Position numbers and translations under genes: made by a program | Shown: in pieces, positions 39,967 through 49,965 of the stretch | Layout: the number at the start of each line of letters is the position of its first letter | Position numbering within the stretch: the first letter of the stretch is position 1 | NCBI GenBank assembly: GCA_946534345.1 | Contig: CAMNCL010000001.1 | Span: 87,175-151,174, forward strand | DNA: 64,000 bases | Reading direction: 5' to 3' | Source of the DNA: an uncultured Bacillales bacterium | GTDB taxonomy: Bacteria > Bacillota_I > Bacilli_A > RF39 > UBA660 | Notes under the pieces: generated by a model | The model's database searches: none | Told to the model about the DNA's origin: nothing | Seen by the model: only the letters and a program-made list of their open reading frames with translations

Positions 39967-41727
39967 ATGAAAGATTTTAAAGAAAAATTAGCTTTAGTCC
40001 CAACTAAACCTGGTAGTTATCAAATGAAGAATAAAGATGGAGTAGTTATCTATGTTGGTAAAGCTAAGAATTTACAAAGAAGATTAAGAAGTTATTTTAC
40101 TAGAACAGTTACTGGTAAAACTAAAATGTTAGTAGAAGATATAGATGACTTTGAATATATTGTTACATCTTCAGAATTAGAAAGCTTAATATTAGAAATA
40201 ACTTTAATTAAAAAATATGATCCTAAATATAATATCTTACTTAGAGATGATAAATCATATCCCTATATAGAATTAACTAATGATAAATATCCTACTTTAA
40301 AAATAGTTAGAAATGTTCATAGAAAAAAGAATAAAAATCATTTATATGGTCCATATCCAAATGTAAGTGCAGCTCGTAAGACTGTTAATATGATTAATAG
40401 AATATATCCATTACGTAAATGTGATAAGTTAAAAAAAGATTTATGTCTGTATTACCATATTGGAGAATGTCTAGGTTATTGTAAAAAAGATATAGATCCA
40501 ACTGTAATAGAAGAAATGAAAAAAGAAATAATTACTTTCTTAAAAGGAGATCCTACTCATATTACTGAAAAGATTAAGGCTGATATGGAAATTGCTTCAA
40601 GTAATATGAATTATGAAAAAGCTTTAGAATTAAAAGGTATGTTAGATGATATAGATACTACATTAAGACGTCAAAAGATAGATCTAAATAAAGGATATAA
40701 CTTTGATATGGTTAATTACTATTATGATAATAACTATTTAAGTATAGAATTATTCTTTATTAGAGATGGATTATTATTTGGTAGACATAATGAAATAATT
40801 AGTTCTTTAGGAGATATTTCTAATGAAATTATTGAGTACTTAATTAAGTTTTATGATAAAGGAATTCTACCTCGTGAATTATTAGTCCCAGGTGATATAG
40901 ATAGTGAATTATTAAGTAATTATTTTGAAATAAAAGTTAATTGTCCACAAAAAGGCAAATTAAAAAGTTTATTAGATTTATGTGGAGAGAACGCAAAAGA
41001 ACAAATGGAATTACAAGAAGAGACTCTAAAGAAAGATGATGAAGAAAGATTAAAAGCAATTACTGAGTTAAAAGAATTATTAGGTTTAGAAAAACTAAGT
41101 AGAATGGAATCTTTTGATAATAGTCATTTATTTGGTACTTTCTATGTAGGTGGAATGGTAGTATTTGATGACTTCTTACCTAATAAAGATTTATATAGAA
41201 AGTATAAGATTAGTACTGATGTAAAAGATGATTTAGGTGCTATGAGAGAAGTAATATATAGAAGGTATTTTAAGACATTAATGGAAGAAGCTTATACACC
41301 AGATTTAATAGTAATGGATGGAGGTAAACTACAAATAAGTGTCTGTAAAGAAGTATTAGATTCTCTTGGATTAAAGATACCAATCATAGGATTAGTAAAA
41401 GATAAGAATCATAGAACTAATCAAATTATGAATGATAATTATGAGATATTAGATGTAAGTAAAGACTCTAAATTATTCTTATTCTTAACTCGTATTCAGG
41501 ATGAAGTACATAGATATGCTATTACATATCATAGAAATATTAAGGCTAAAGGTGCTCTTTCTAGTATTTTAGATGTAGTACCTGGAATAGGTGAAGTAAG
41601 AAAAAAAGAATTATTAAAAAAGTTTGGATCTTTAAAGAAAATGAAGGAAGCATCACTTGAAGAATTAAGTGCTGTAGTAGGTAAAGATGTAGCAGAAAAA
41701 CTAAAAGAATATTTAAATGAAGTGTAA
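39967..41727 (+). CDS. uvrC: Excinuclease ABC subunit C
   Basis: GIY-YIG 'GSYQMKNKDGVVIYVGKAKNLQRRLRSYF'. C-terminal (HhH)2. Confidence 0.95.
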   Translation: MKDFKEKLALVPTKPGSYQMKNKDGVVIYVGKAKNLQRRLRSYFTRTVTGKTKMLVEDIDDFEYIVTSSELESLILEITLIKKYDPKYNILLRDDKSYPYIELTNDKYPTLKIVRNVHRKKNKNHLYGPYPNVSAARKTVNMINRIYPLRKCDKLKKDLCLYYHIGECLGYCKKDIDPTVIEEMKKEIITFLKGDPTHITEKIKADMEIASSNMNYEKALELKGMLDDIDTTLRRQKIDLNKGYNFDMVNYYYDNNYLSIELFFIRDGLLFGRHNEIISSLGDISNEIIEYLIKFYDKGILPRELLVPGDIDSELLSNYFEIKVNCPQKGKLKSLLDLCGENAKEQMELQEETLKKDDEERLKAITELKELLGLEKLSRMESFDNSHLFGTFYVGGMVVFDDFLPNKDLYRKYKISTDVKDDLGAMREVIYRRYFKTLMEEAYTPDLIVMDGGKLQISVCKEVLDSLGLKIPIIGLVKDKNHRTNQIMNDNYEILDVSKDSKLFLFLTRIQDEVHRYAITYHRNIKAKGALSSILDVVPGIGEVRKKELLKKFGSLKKMKEASLEELSAVVGKDVAEKLKEYLNEV

Positions 41728-41801
41728 AGAACTAATAACTAGTTCTTTTTCTTTTTCTATATTATGGTATAATTTAGTTAATAGAAATAGGAGTGAATAG
41801 T

Positions 41802-42038
41802 ATGAAAGATAATAAAGATATAGAAGAGTTAGAAGAATTTTTAGATGAAGATAATTCGAAAGAATCTAAAATTAAAAAGAATCTAGGCTTTGATGAAATA
41901 TTTAAACATTATAACAAGAAAGGTCCTAAAATATTTAGTGGTTCTTTAGTAGTGTTTATAATTATTTCAATATTAGTTGTATTATGTATACTATATTTTT
42001 ATTTCTTTGTAATACCAGAACTTCAAAATTTTAGATAG
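41802..42038 (+). CDS. Small membrane protein
   Basis: ATG after 'aggagtg'. C-terminal TM. Confidence 0.4.
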   Translation: MKDNKDIEELEEFLDEDNSKESKIKKNLGFDEIFKHYNKKGPKIFSGSLVVFIIISILVVLCILYFYFFVIPELQNFR

Positions 42039-42052
42039 AACAAGGAGATATT

Positions 42053-43063
42053 ATGACAAAGAAGCAAAAGAAGATTAAAGGAAAAATATCTAAATACTTA
42101 AAATTTGAAAATGTTATTAGTTTAGTAATTGTATTATTACTTTCATTTGGATACTTTTTAGTAAGACTTACTGATAGTTATATGTTAGAAACGTTCGCTA
42201 TGATTGTATCTTTCATAGTATTATTACTACAAGTAGCATTTAATAAAGCTAAGTTTTCTCATTCTTTATGTACATTATTAATATTTATAGTTTTAAATAT
42301 TATATTAGGATTTATCTTAGGTTTTATTAATTATCCAAAGGGTGGAGTGTTTGTTTATTTTAATATGCTTTATGCATTATTATTTTTTGTAATTTATAGT
42401 GTTGAAACAGCCTTTAAAAAAGAAAAGTATTATATAATTGTTGGAATTATAATCGCAATAGGAGTGATATTATATTTTGCATTAAATTATAATATTAAAC
42501 ATATACGACCAGGATTTTGGTATAAGCCAATAATTTATATTTATCCAGAAGAAGATACGGATGTAGAAATAACTGTATCTAATCCGGAAAATTTAACAGT
42601 AACCTATCCAAAGTATAATGATGGCTGGAAAGTAAAAGCATTAAAAGATGGAACTTTAATAGATAAGAATAATAAAAAGTATTATGCATTATACTGGGAA
42701 GGTAAAGGAGATAATAATACTATTAAGAACGATGGTTTTATAGTAAAAGGTGAAGATACAGCTAGTTTCTTAGAAGAAAAATTAGAAACACTTGGATTAA
42801 ATTATAAAGAAGCTAATGAATTTATAATGTATTGGTTACCTAAACTAGAAAGTAATAAATATAACTATATTAGATTTAAAACAATGGATGAAATAAATAG
42901 TAATATGAAATTAAATATTACTCCTGAACCAGATACATTAATCAGAATAATGATGGAGTATAAAGGATTAGATAAGAAAATAAAAGTTAAAGAACAAAAG
43001 CTAGAAAGAAGAGAAAGATCAGGTTACTCAGTAATTGAATGGGGCGGAACTGAAATAAAATAG
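42053..43063 (+). CDS. Polytopic membrane protein with C-terminal ~180-aa conserved domain (paralog A)
   Basis: Four to five TM helices, then the 'WYKPIIYIYPEED...' domain shared with the next gene. Confidence 0.55.
   Translation: MTKKQKKIKGKISKYLKFENVISLVIVLLLSFGYFLVRLTDSYMLETFAMIVSFIVLLLQVAFNKAKFSHSLCTLLIFIVLNIILGFILGFINYPKGGVFVYFNMLYALLFFVIYSVETAFKKEKYYIIVGIIIAIGVILYFALNYNIKHIRPGFWYKPIIYIYPEEDTDVEITVSNPENLTVTYPKYNDGWKVKALKDGTLIDKNNKKYYALYWEGKGDNNTIKNDGFIVKGEDTASFLEEKLETLGLNYKEANEFIMYWLPKLESNKYNYIRFKTMDEINSNMKLNITPEPDTLIRIMMEYKGLDKKIKVKEQKLERRERSGYSVIEWGGTEIK
42518..43063 (+). repeat. Tandem paralogous segment, copy 1 (copy 2 at 43423..43958); the last 252 nt are about 99% identical, the rest about 85%
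   Basis: Direct comparison of 42812..43063 with 43707..43958 shows only two mismatches. Confidence 0.85.
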
Positions 43064-43073
43064 AGGTGATAAG

Positions 43074-43958
43074 ATGAATAATCAAGAAGAATCAAAGGTA
43101 TTGGAAGAACAAAATGCTGCAGGAACAAATCCTGAAAAAATAGAAGTGGTTGAACACGTTGAATCTAAATTTGATAATCTTCAACCAAGAACAGAAATGA
43201 GTACTATTACTCCGGAAGAAAAACAAGAAATACTTCAAGCCAATCCAACTCCTGAACAAAAGTCAGAAACAAGTAATATGCAGGAACAGCCAGTTAATAA
43301 AAAGAAGAGTAGCGCAACTCCTGTATTAATTGTACTTTTAGTTATATTTGGAGGCATTATTGGTTTTTTCTGGGTAATGTGGCCAAGTATTCAAGCGTCA
43401 ATTAATAATCAATGGGTTAAGCCAGTTATTTATATTTATCCAGAAGAAGATATGAATGTAGAAGTAACTGTATCTAATCCAGAAAAGCTTACAGTAACTT
43501 ATCCAAAATATAATGATGGATGGAAAGTTAAAGCATTGACTGATGGTACCTTAATAGATAAAAACAATAAAAAATACTATGCTCTATATTGGGATGGTGA
43601 AGGTGATGATAGTACTATTAAGAGTGATGGATTTATAGTAAAAAGAGAAGATGCAGAGAAATTTTTAGAAGAAAAATTAGAAATATTAGGATTAAATTAT
43701 AGAGAAGCTAATGAATTTATAATGTATTGGTTACCTAAATTAGAAAGTAATAAATATAACTATATTAGATTTAAAACAATGGATGAAATAAATAGTAATA
43801 TGAAATTAAATATTACTCCTGAACCAGATACATTAATCAGAATAATGATGGAGTATAAAGGATTAGATAAGAAAATAAAAGTTAAAGAACAAAAGCTAGA
43901 AAGAAGAGAAAGATCAGGTTACTCAGTAATTGAATGGGGCGGAACTGAGATAAAATAG
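43074..43958 (+). CDS. Single-TM protein with the same C-terminal domain (paralog B) and a disordered N-terminus
   Basis: 'FFWVMWPSIQASINNQWVKPVIYIYPEED...'. Last 84 aa identical to paralog A. Confidence 0.55.
   Translation: MNNQEESKVLEEQNAAGTNPEKIEVVEHVESKFDNLQPRTEMSTITPEEKQEILQANPTPEQKSETSNMQEQPVNKKKSSATPVLIVLLVIFGGIIGFFWVMWPSIQASINNQWVKPVIYIYPEEDMNVEVTVSNPEKLTVTYPKYNDGWKVKALTDGTLIDKNNKKYYALYWDGEGDDSTIKSDGFIVKREDAEKFLEEKLEILGLNYREANEFIMYWLPKLESNKYNYIRFKTMDEINSNMKLNITPEPDTLIRIMMEYKGLDKKIKVKEQKLERRERSGYSVIEWGGTEIK
43423..43958 (+). repeat. Tandem paralogous segment, copy 2
   Basis: See copy 1. Confidence 0.85.
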
Positions 43959-43967
43959 GAGTGCATT

Positions 43968-44273
43968 ATGGCAAAAAAGATAAGAGCAATATATATTCTT
44001 TTAATTGTTTTATACTTACCAATATTTATATGTGGTATCTACAGTTTAATTAATGATCCATCAATGATAAATGGTATATTCTTTTTACCAATTGAAATAA
44101 TTGTTCTATTTTTACCATGTTTATTGTTATATCTAGGGTTAAAGCTCAAAAAAGATAATTCAGTAATAATAGGATTCTTAATTATTAATATTATTATTTC
44201 TTTCTTTTGGTTTGTATGGCCAATAATCAATAATCCAGTAACAACGGGACCTATTGCAATTGAAAAAAGATAA
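43968..44273 (+). CDS. Small three-TM membrane protein (family member)
   Basis: 'MAKKIRAIYILL...FWFVWPIINNP' motif shared with neighbours. Confidence 0.45.
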   Translation: MAKKIRAIYILLIVLYLPIFICGIYSLINDPSMINGIFFLPIEIIVLFLPCLLLYLGLKLKKDNSVIIGFLIINIIISFFWFVWPIINNPVTTGPIAIEKR

Positions 44274-44289
44274 TAGAGGGGATGATGTT

Positions 44290-44601
44290 ATGGCAAAGAA
44301 AAAAGATAAAAGTAAGACTTTGAATAAAATTGATATCGTAGTAACAATTATATATACATTAGTATTTTGCTATGGCGTATATGCTGTGTTTATAATACCA
44401 GAAAGTCTTGATATTAGTAGTTTTATTATATTAGGTGTTTTGATTCTACCATATTTATTAAGATTATTTAGTAAGGACTCATTACTCGCAATAATAGCAT
44501 TAGAAATATTACTAACAATTATTTTTGGATTCTTTATTGTTACTTGGCCAACAATTAAGTCAAGTATTAATTATGATTGTGGCTGGGGAGAGATGGATTA
44601 A
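44290..44601 (+). CDS. Small three-TM membrane protein (family member)
   Basis: 'MAKKKDKSK...FFIVTWPTIKSSINYD'. RBS 'agagggga'. Confidence 0.45.
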   Translation: MAKKKDKSKTLNKIDIVVTIIYTLVFCYGVYAVFIIPESLDISSFIILGVLILPYLLRLFSKDSLLAIIALEILLTIIFGFFIVTWPTIKSSINYDCGWGEMD

Positions 44602-44602
44602 T

Positions 44603-45046
44603 ATGAAGAATAAAAAAAGTGTGATTTCTAAACCGTTATTAATCACATGCATTGTTTTAACGATTATCTATACGATCATTATAATAATTCCATTATTTGA
44701 TTTTATAGTGTTAACTGTAACTAGTATGGTAGATAATGAAACTGATTTGATTTCAAAGATAATGGGTTTATTTACTGACTTAATGTGTCTGGGTGTACTT
44801 ATTTTACCTTATTATTTTCTTATGGAAAAAGTTAATAAGAAAAAGAGTATATGTAATGCAATAATAGCTGAAATTGTAATTGGTTTTTCATTATGCTTTT
44901 TTCTTTGGGTTATGGCACCTAGAGTATTTTGTACATCGGGTGATAGTTCTGGTGGACAATGGATTCCTATAAATGAGCAGGATAATGCTAAAGTAAACAA
45001 GGATGAAAAAAACGACTCATTAATATGTAGAATATTTAATAAATAA
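44603..45046 (+). CDS. Small three-TM membrane protein (family member)
   Basis: 'MKNKKSVISKPLLITCIVL...LWVMAPRVF'. Confidence 0.45.
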   Translation: MKNKKSVISKPLLITCIVLTIIYTIIIIIPLFDFIVLTVTSMVDNETDLISKIMGLFTDLMCLGVLILPYYFLMEKVNKKKSICNAIIAEIVIGFSLCFFLWVMAPRVFCTSGDSSGGQWIPINEQDNAKVNKDEKNDSLICRIFNK

Positions 45047-45114
45047 AAAGTAATGATTAATATCATTTCTTTTTATTTTATGTTATATTATTAATGTTAG
45101 AAGTAGGTGAGACT

Positions 45115-46899
45115 ATGAGTAAGATACATGTAATGGATGAAATTCTGGCTAATAAGATTGCTGCTGGAGAAGTAGTTGAAAAGACTATGAATGTAGTTAA
45201 AGAATTAGTTGAGAATTCTATTGATGCAGAAGCTACTGAAATTAGTATTAAGTTAATTGATTCTGGAGTAAAAGAAATTGAAGTTAGTGATAATGGAATT
45301 GGGATGGATCCAGAAGATGCTAAGTTAGCTTTTGAGCGTCATGCTACTTCTAAATTAAAGAACTTGGATGATTTATTTTATATTGAATCATTAGGATTTC
45401 GTGGTGAGGCACTTCCAAGTATTGCTAGTGTATCTGATATGAGACTTAAAACTAGTAATGGAGAAGTAGGTACTCTAATAACTATTTCTGGTGGAAAGAA
45501 TATGAAAGTAGAGAAGAGTGATCTACAAGTTGGTACTACTATAACTGTAAGTAATTTGTTTTATAATACACCAGTAAGATTGAAATATTTAAAGAACTTA
45601 TATGTCGAATTATCTTATATAGTTGAATATATAAATAAGATGGCATTGTCTTATCCTAATATTAAATTTACTTTAATCAATAATGATAAATTATTATTAA
45701 GTACTGATGGTAGTGGAGATTTATTAAAAGTAATCTATGAAATATATGGAGTAGATATTACTAAAAAGATGATTCCAATAAATGCAGAGAATGATGATTA
45801 TAATATAAGTGGTTATATATCATATCCAGAAGTTAATAAAGGAAATAGGAATTCTATTACTACATTAGTTAATGGTAGAGTAATTAAAAATAATGATTTA
45901 AATAAATGTATAGTTGATTGTTATCACACATATATGCATAAAGGTAGATTTCCTGTAATAGTATTAAATATAGATGTTGATCCTATACTAATAGATATTA
46001 ATATACATCCTACTAAGATGGATATTAAGTTTAGTAAGATGGATACTTTAAAAGAGTTAATTGAAAAAACTATTACTAAGAGACTAGAAGAAATTACTTT
46101 AATACCAGAAGTATCTGTTAGAGATAGTTATTCAGTTAGTGAAGTAAGTAGACAAATAAAACATAATGATGTAGAAGTAGTAAAAGATGATAAAAAGTAT
46201 GAAGAGATTAAATTAGATTTTGAAGTATTTGAAGAAAAACAAGAATATGATAAACAAGTAGAAGAAGAATTAAAAGAAGAATTACCATTTGAAATAGAAG
46301 AAGAAAAGGTAAAACCTAAGATTAAGAAAATGATTCCACGTGGTGTGGTTCTATTAACTTATATAGTTGCGGAGAATGAAGATGGAATGTATCTGATAGA
46401 TCAACATGCTGCGGCAGAACGTATTAATTATGAAAAGATACTAAAACAAATGAAAGAAAAGCCGGTTGTAATTGACTTATTAATTCCAATTAAGATAGAA
46501 CTTCGTAAAGATGAGTTTATTCTTGCGAAAGAAAGACTTGGTTTATTAGAAGAATATGGATTCTCTTCTGAAGAATTTGGTAAAAATACAATTATTATTA
46601 GAAGTCATCCAGCTTGGATTCCAGAAGACAGGGCAGAATATATTATTAGAGGGCTAGTTGATTTAGTAATTGAAAAAGGTGAATTTGACTTTGATCAGTT
46701 TATTTGGAGAATGGCTGCGACTACCGCTTGTCGTATGAGTGTTATGGCTAATACTTATATTTCTCCTGAAGATGAAGAATGGATATTAGAGAATATTAGA
46801 TATTGTGATAATCCATTTACTTGTCCACATGGAAGACCAACTATTATTACTTATACTAAATATGAATTAGAGAAGTTATTTAAAAGACAACTTGATTAG
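45115..46899 (+). CDS. mutL: DNA mismatch repair protein MutL
   Basis: 'KIAAGEVVE', 'ENSIDA', 'GFRGEAL' GHKL ATPase motifs. 595 aa. Confidence 0.95.
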   Translation: MSKIHVMDEILANKIAAGEVVEKTMNVVKELVENSIDAEATEISIKLIDSGVKEIEVSDNGIGMDPEDAKLAFERHATSKLKNLDDLFYIESLGFRGEALPSIASVSDMRLKTSNGEVGTLITISGGKNMKVEKSDLQVGTTITVSNLFYNTPVRLKYLKNLYVELSYIVEYINKMALSYPNIKFTLINNDKLLLSTDGSGDLLKVIYEIYGVDITKKMIPINAENDDYNISGYISYPEVNKGNRNSITTLVNGRVIKNNDLNKCIVDCYHTYMHKGRFPVIVLNIDVDPILIDINIHPTKMDIKFSKMDTLKELIEKTITKRLEEITLIPEVSVRDSYSVSEVSRQIKHNDVEVVKDDKKYEEIKLDFEVFEEKQEYDKQVEEELKEELPFEIEEEKVKPKIKKMIPRGVVLLTYIVAENEDGMYLIDQHAAAERINYEKILKQMKEKPVVIDLLIPIKIELRKDEFILAKERLGLLEEYGFSSEEFGKNTIIIRSHPAWIPEDRAEYIIRGLVDLVIEKGEFDFDQFIWRMAATTACRMSVMANTYISPEDEEWILENIRYCDNPFTCPHGRPTIITYTKYELEKLFKRQLD

Positions 46900-46920
46900 T
46901 TGTCTTTTGCTTGTTATAAT
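46892..46920 (+). promoter_or_regulatory. Sigma-A promoter (TTGATT, 17 bp spacer, extended -10 'tgttataat')
   Basis: Sequence match just upstream of the 46943 gene. Confidence 0.5.
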
Positions 46921-46942
46921 ATGACCGAAATGAAGTGTTACT

Positions 46943-47689
46943 ATGATGAACTTTAAGAAAGATGTATATCTTTTTACGACAGAGAATATTTGCGGTTATA
47001 TAAAAGAATTAGATTTAGATGGTAAAACATTATTAACTTTGGGTTCTAGTCTAGATCAAGCTTATAATGCTTTATTAATGGGTGCAGATAGAGTAGATGT
47101 ATTTGATATAAATGTAAATGTAGAAAAGTTTCATAAATTAAAGAGTAATTTAATATTAACTCATCCTAGAGAAGAATTATTTACTGAAGTAATGCATACT
47201 GGTTTTACTGATGATACATATCCAAGTGATCGTAAAAGTGCCTTTATAGATAATTTATATCTTCAAAGTGATGATAATTATGAAGTATTAAGAAATAGAT
47301 TATTAGAGAATAGAATAGGTTTTATTAATGGTAGTATATTTGATATTGGAGATAATCTAGATAGTAAAACATATGACAGAATGATTCTATCTAATGTTAT
47401 TCAATATTTAGAAATGTATAGTATAAATACAGATAAGTATAAAGTTCTAAAAAATATGTTTGAGACATTAAAAGATCATTTAAATGAAGAAGGTATTATT
47501 CAATTACTATATTACTTTAATACATATTTAATAAATGGCTATAATAACTATGATGATTTCTTTGATGGTTATAATTTAGATAAAATATTAGATGTTTTAT
47601 CTGAAGATGATAGAGATAGTTTTAAATTAATAGAGTTTTCTAATGATTATGTTGGAAAAGATGCAGCTGTTTTATATAAAAAAAGGTAG
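46943..47689 (+). CDS. Hypothetical protein, possibly a SAM-binding (DUF3419-like) fold
   Basis: 'TLLTLGSSLDQAYNALLMGADRVDVFDIN' resembles a Rossmann SAM motif I. Inserted between mutL and miaA. Confidence 0.4.
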   Translation: MMNFKKDVYLFTTENICGYIKELDLDGKTLLTLGSSLDQAYNALLMGADRVDVFDINVNVEKFHKLKSNLILTHPREELFTEVMHTGFTDDTYPSDRKSAFIDNLYLQSDDNYEVLRNRLLENRIGFINGSIFDIGDNLDSKTYDRMILSNVIQYLEMYSINTDKYKVLKNMFETLKDHLNEEGIIQLLYYFNTYLINGYNNYDDFFDGYNLDKILDVLSEDDRDSFKLIEFSNDYVGKDAAVLYKKR

Positions 47690-47696
47690 TGATTAG

Positions 47697-48575
47697 ATGA
47701 AAGATATTATTGTGATAGTTGGTCCAACTGGTGTTGGTAAAACTAAAATGAGTATTGAACTTGCGAAAAAGTTAGATGCTGAAATAATTAATGGTGATAG
47801 TGTATCTATCTATAAATATTTAGATATTGGTAGTGCTAAACCTAGTGTTGAAGAGAGAGAGGGTATAGTACATCACTTAATAGATATAAAAGATCCTTGT
47901 GAAGATTATACTGTATTTGATTATCAAAAAGATGTTAGAGAGTTAATTGAAGATATTAATTCTAGAGGTAAAAGAATAATCATAGTAGGTGGTACTGGTC
48001 TATATATAAAAGCAGCTTTATATGATTATAAGTTTACTGAAGGTACTACTTATAATGAATATAATAATCTAACTAATGAAGAATTAATTAATAAAATAAA
48101 AGAATATGATATAGATGATATTCCTGATATGAATAATCGTAAAAGAGCAGTTAGACTTCTTAATAAATTAGAAAATAATGAAGAGATTACTCATGATAAA
48201 GATAAACTATTATATCCTGTTAAAGTAATAGGTCTTACTACTGATAGAGATATTCTATATGATAGAATTAATAAAAGAGTCGATATAATGGTAAATAACG
48301 GCCTATTAGACGAGATTAATTCTCTAAAGGATAAATATATGGATTCACGTGTTTTAAACACAGGAATAGGTTATAAAGAGTTTTATGAGTACTTATTTAA
48401 TAATAAAGAATTAGATGAAGTCTTAGAAGAGATAAAAAAAGACTCTAGAAGATTTGCGAAGAGACAATATACTTTCTTTAATCATCAATTTGATACTAAA
48501 TGGTTTAATGTAAACTTTGATAACTTTAATGAAACAATAAATGAAGTAGTTGAATATATAAAAAAAGAAACTTAA
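47697..48575 (+). CDS. miaA: tRNA dimethylallyltransferase
   Basis: 'IVIVGPTGVGKT' P-loop and 'INGDSVSIYKYLDIGSAKP'. Confidence 0.9.
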   Translation: MKDIIVIVGPTGVGKTKMSIELAKKLDAEIINGDSVSIYKYLDIGSAKPSVEEREGIVHHLIDIKDPCEDYTVFDYQKDVRELIEDINSRGKRIIIVGGTGLYIKAALYDYKFTEGTTYNEYNNLTNEELINKIKEYDIDDIPDMNNRKRAVRLLNKLENNEEITHDKDKLLYPVKVIGLTTDRDILYDRINKRVDIMVNNGLLDEINSLKDKYMDSRVLNTGIGYKEFYEYLFNNKELDEVLEEIKKDSRRFAKRQYTFFNHQFDTKWFNVNFDNFNETINEVVEYIKKET

Positions 48576-48596
48576 TTATTAAGTTTCTTTTAATTC
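48563..48596. terminator. Bidirectional terminator between convergent miaA and the transglutaminase-like gene
   Basis: 'aaaagaaacttaattattaagtttctttt' hairpin. Confidence 0.65.
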
Positions 48597-49490
48597 TAAA
48601 TAAATATCCTGATTATAGATGTGTTGAGTTCTTTCTAGTTTTAATAATTTATTAGTATCTATTAAGAAATAAACATCTTCTAGGAACTCTTCTCCATCTA
48701 TGGATACTGGATCATCCCAAGTTAAATCTAAATGTTTCCAACTACCATTTATATAAACTGCATTCCATACATGTTGATTACTAGAAATTTTATAACTTTT
48801 TATATTCATTCTCTCTAAGAATAATTCCATTACATCAGTATAACCACCACATATACCATAACCTTCTATTAAAGGACCATATGCTATATCAGATTTATAA
48901 TTAATAATTTTTTTATCACTACGATCTGAATCATATTTAGTATGAGTAATAATATAATCATGAATTGTTTTAATATTTTCAACATCACTTTTTTTCTCAT
49001 CTACTAATTTAGGATATAACTCATCAATTTTAGCATTAATTTCACTTATATCATTAATACTATAACTCTTATTAACTCTAATTGATACTTTACCTAGAGA
49101 ATTAAATTCTGTCTCAATATGAGAAAAACCATTATATGGATGAACAAAATTATTTATATCTGATAACATATCTTGACTTCTAGCTAATACTTGAACATCA
49201 TTTAAACATTCAGTATATTCTTTTGGACAATAAAATGAAAATTCTGTTTTACCTGCATTAATAACAGTATAATAAATATTTAATATATCTTGCATACTAC
49301 TTGGACTAAAATCAGTTGTATTTTGTACATACAAAAAATCATAATCTCGGTAATACTCATTCTTTTCTCCTAACTCAACATTATGATTTGGATATAGATA
49401 AGTATTAATAATTGTCGTTATATCATCTTTTCTTATCATAATTAATCCAGCTAGTATCATGATAAGACCTAAGGTAAGTATCTTTCTCAT
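48579..49490 (-). CDS. Transglutaminase-like cysteine protease-fold protein, membrane-anchored
   Basis: 'CGGYTDVMELFL' (Cys) ... 'HVWNAVYINGSWKHLDLTWDDP' (His/Asp). N-terminal TM. GGAGG RBS. Confidence 0.7.
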   Translation of the reverse strand: MRKILTLGLIMILAGLIMIRKDDITTIINTYLYPNHNVELGEKNEYYRDYDFLYVQNTTDFSPSSMQDILNIYYTVINAGKTEFSFYCPKEYTECLNDVQVLARSQDMLSDINNFVHPYNGFSHIETEFNSLGKVSIRVNKSYSINDISEINAKIDELYPKLVDEKKSDVENIKTIHDYIITHTKYDSDRSDKKIINYKSDIAYGPLIEGYGICGGYTDVMELFLERMNIKSYKISSNQHVWNAVYINGSWKHLDLTWDDPVSIDGEEFLEDVYFLIDTNKLLKLERTQHIYNQDIYLELKET

Positions 49491-49581
49491 ATTATCCTCC
49501 AATTATAATCTAATTTTAATCTATATTTTCTCTAAAGTAAATAAAAAGTACTACTACAATAGAAGTACTTTACGTATTATT

Positions 49582-49845
49582 TTATTCCATAGTATTTTTC
49601 ATTTTAGTAAGTCTTGATTTTAAACGAGCTGCTTTATTCTTATGAATTTTACCACTTGACATAGCTTTATCAATTCTTTGAATAGCTATATTTAAGTTAT
49701 TGCTTGCTTCTTCTTTATTTCCTGCTTTAACTTCTTTTTCAAATTTTTTAATTGCAGTCTTCATGCTTGAAGTGATTAGTGTATTAACATCAGCTTTCTT
49801 CGCATTAGAACGCATACGTTTTTTAGCACTTTTGATATTTGGCAT
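49582..49845 (-). CDS. rpsT: 30S ribosomal protein S20
   Basis: 'MPNIKSAKKRMRSNAKKA' S20 N-terminus; 87 aa. Confidence 0.9.
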   Translation of the reverse strand: MPNIKSAKKRMRSNAKKADVNTLITSSMKTAIKKFEKEVKAGNKEEASNNLNIAIQRIDKAMSSGKIHKNKAARLKSRLTKMKNTME

Positions 49846-49965
49846 ATTTTCACCTCTCTTTTTGTAAACATATTAATAATAACAAATAATTTGGAAAAAA
49901 GCAAATGAAATTGACTATTTCTCGAAAATATGTTATAATATGCCCTTGTATTAGGGGGTTATTAT

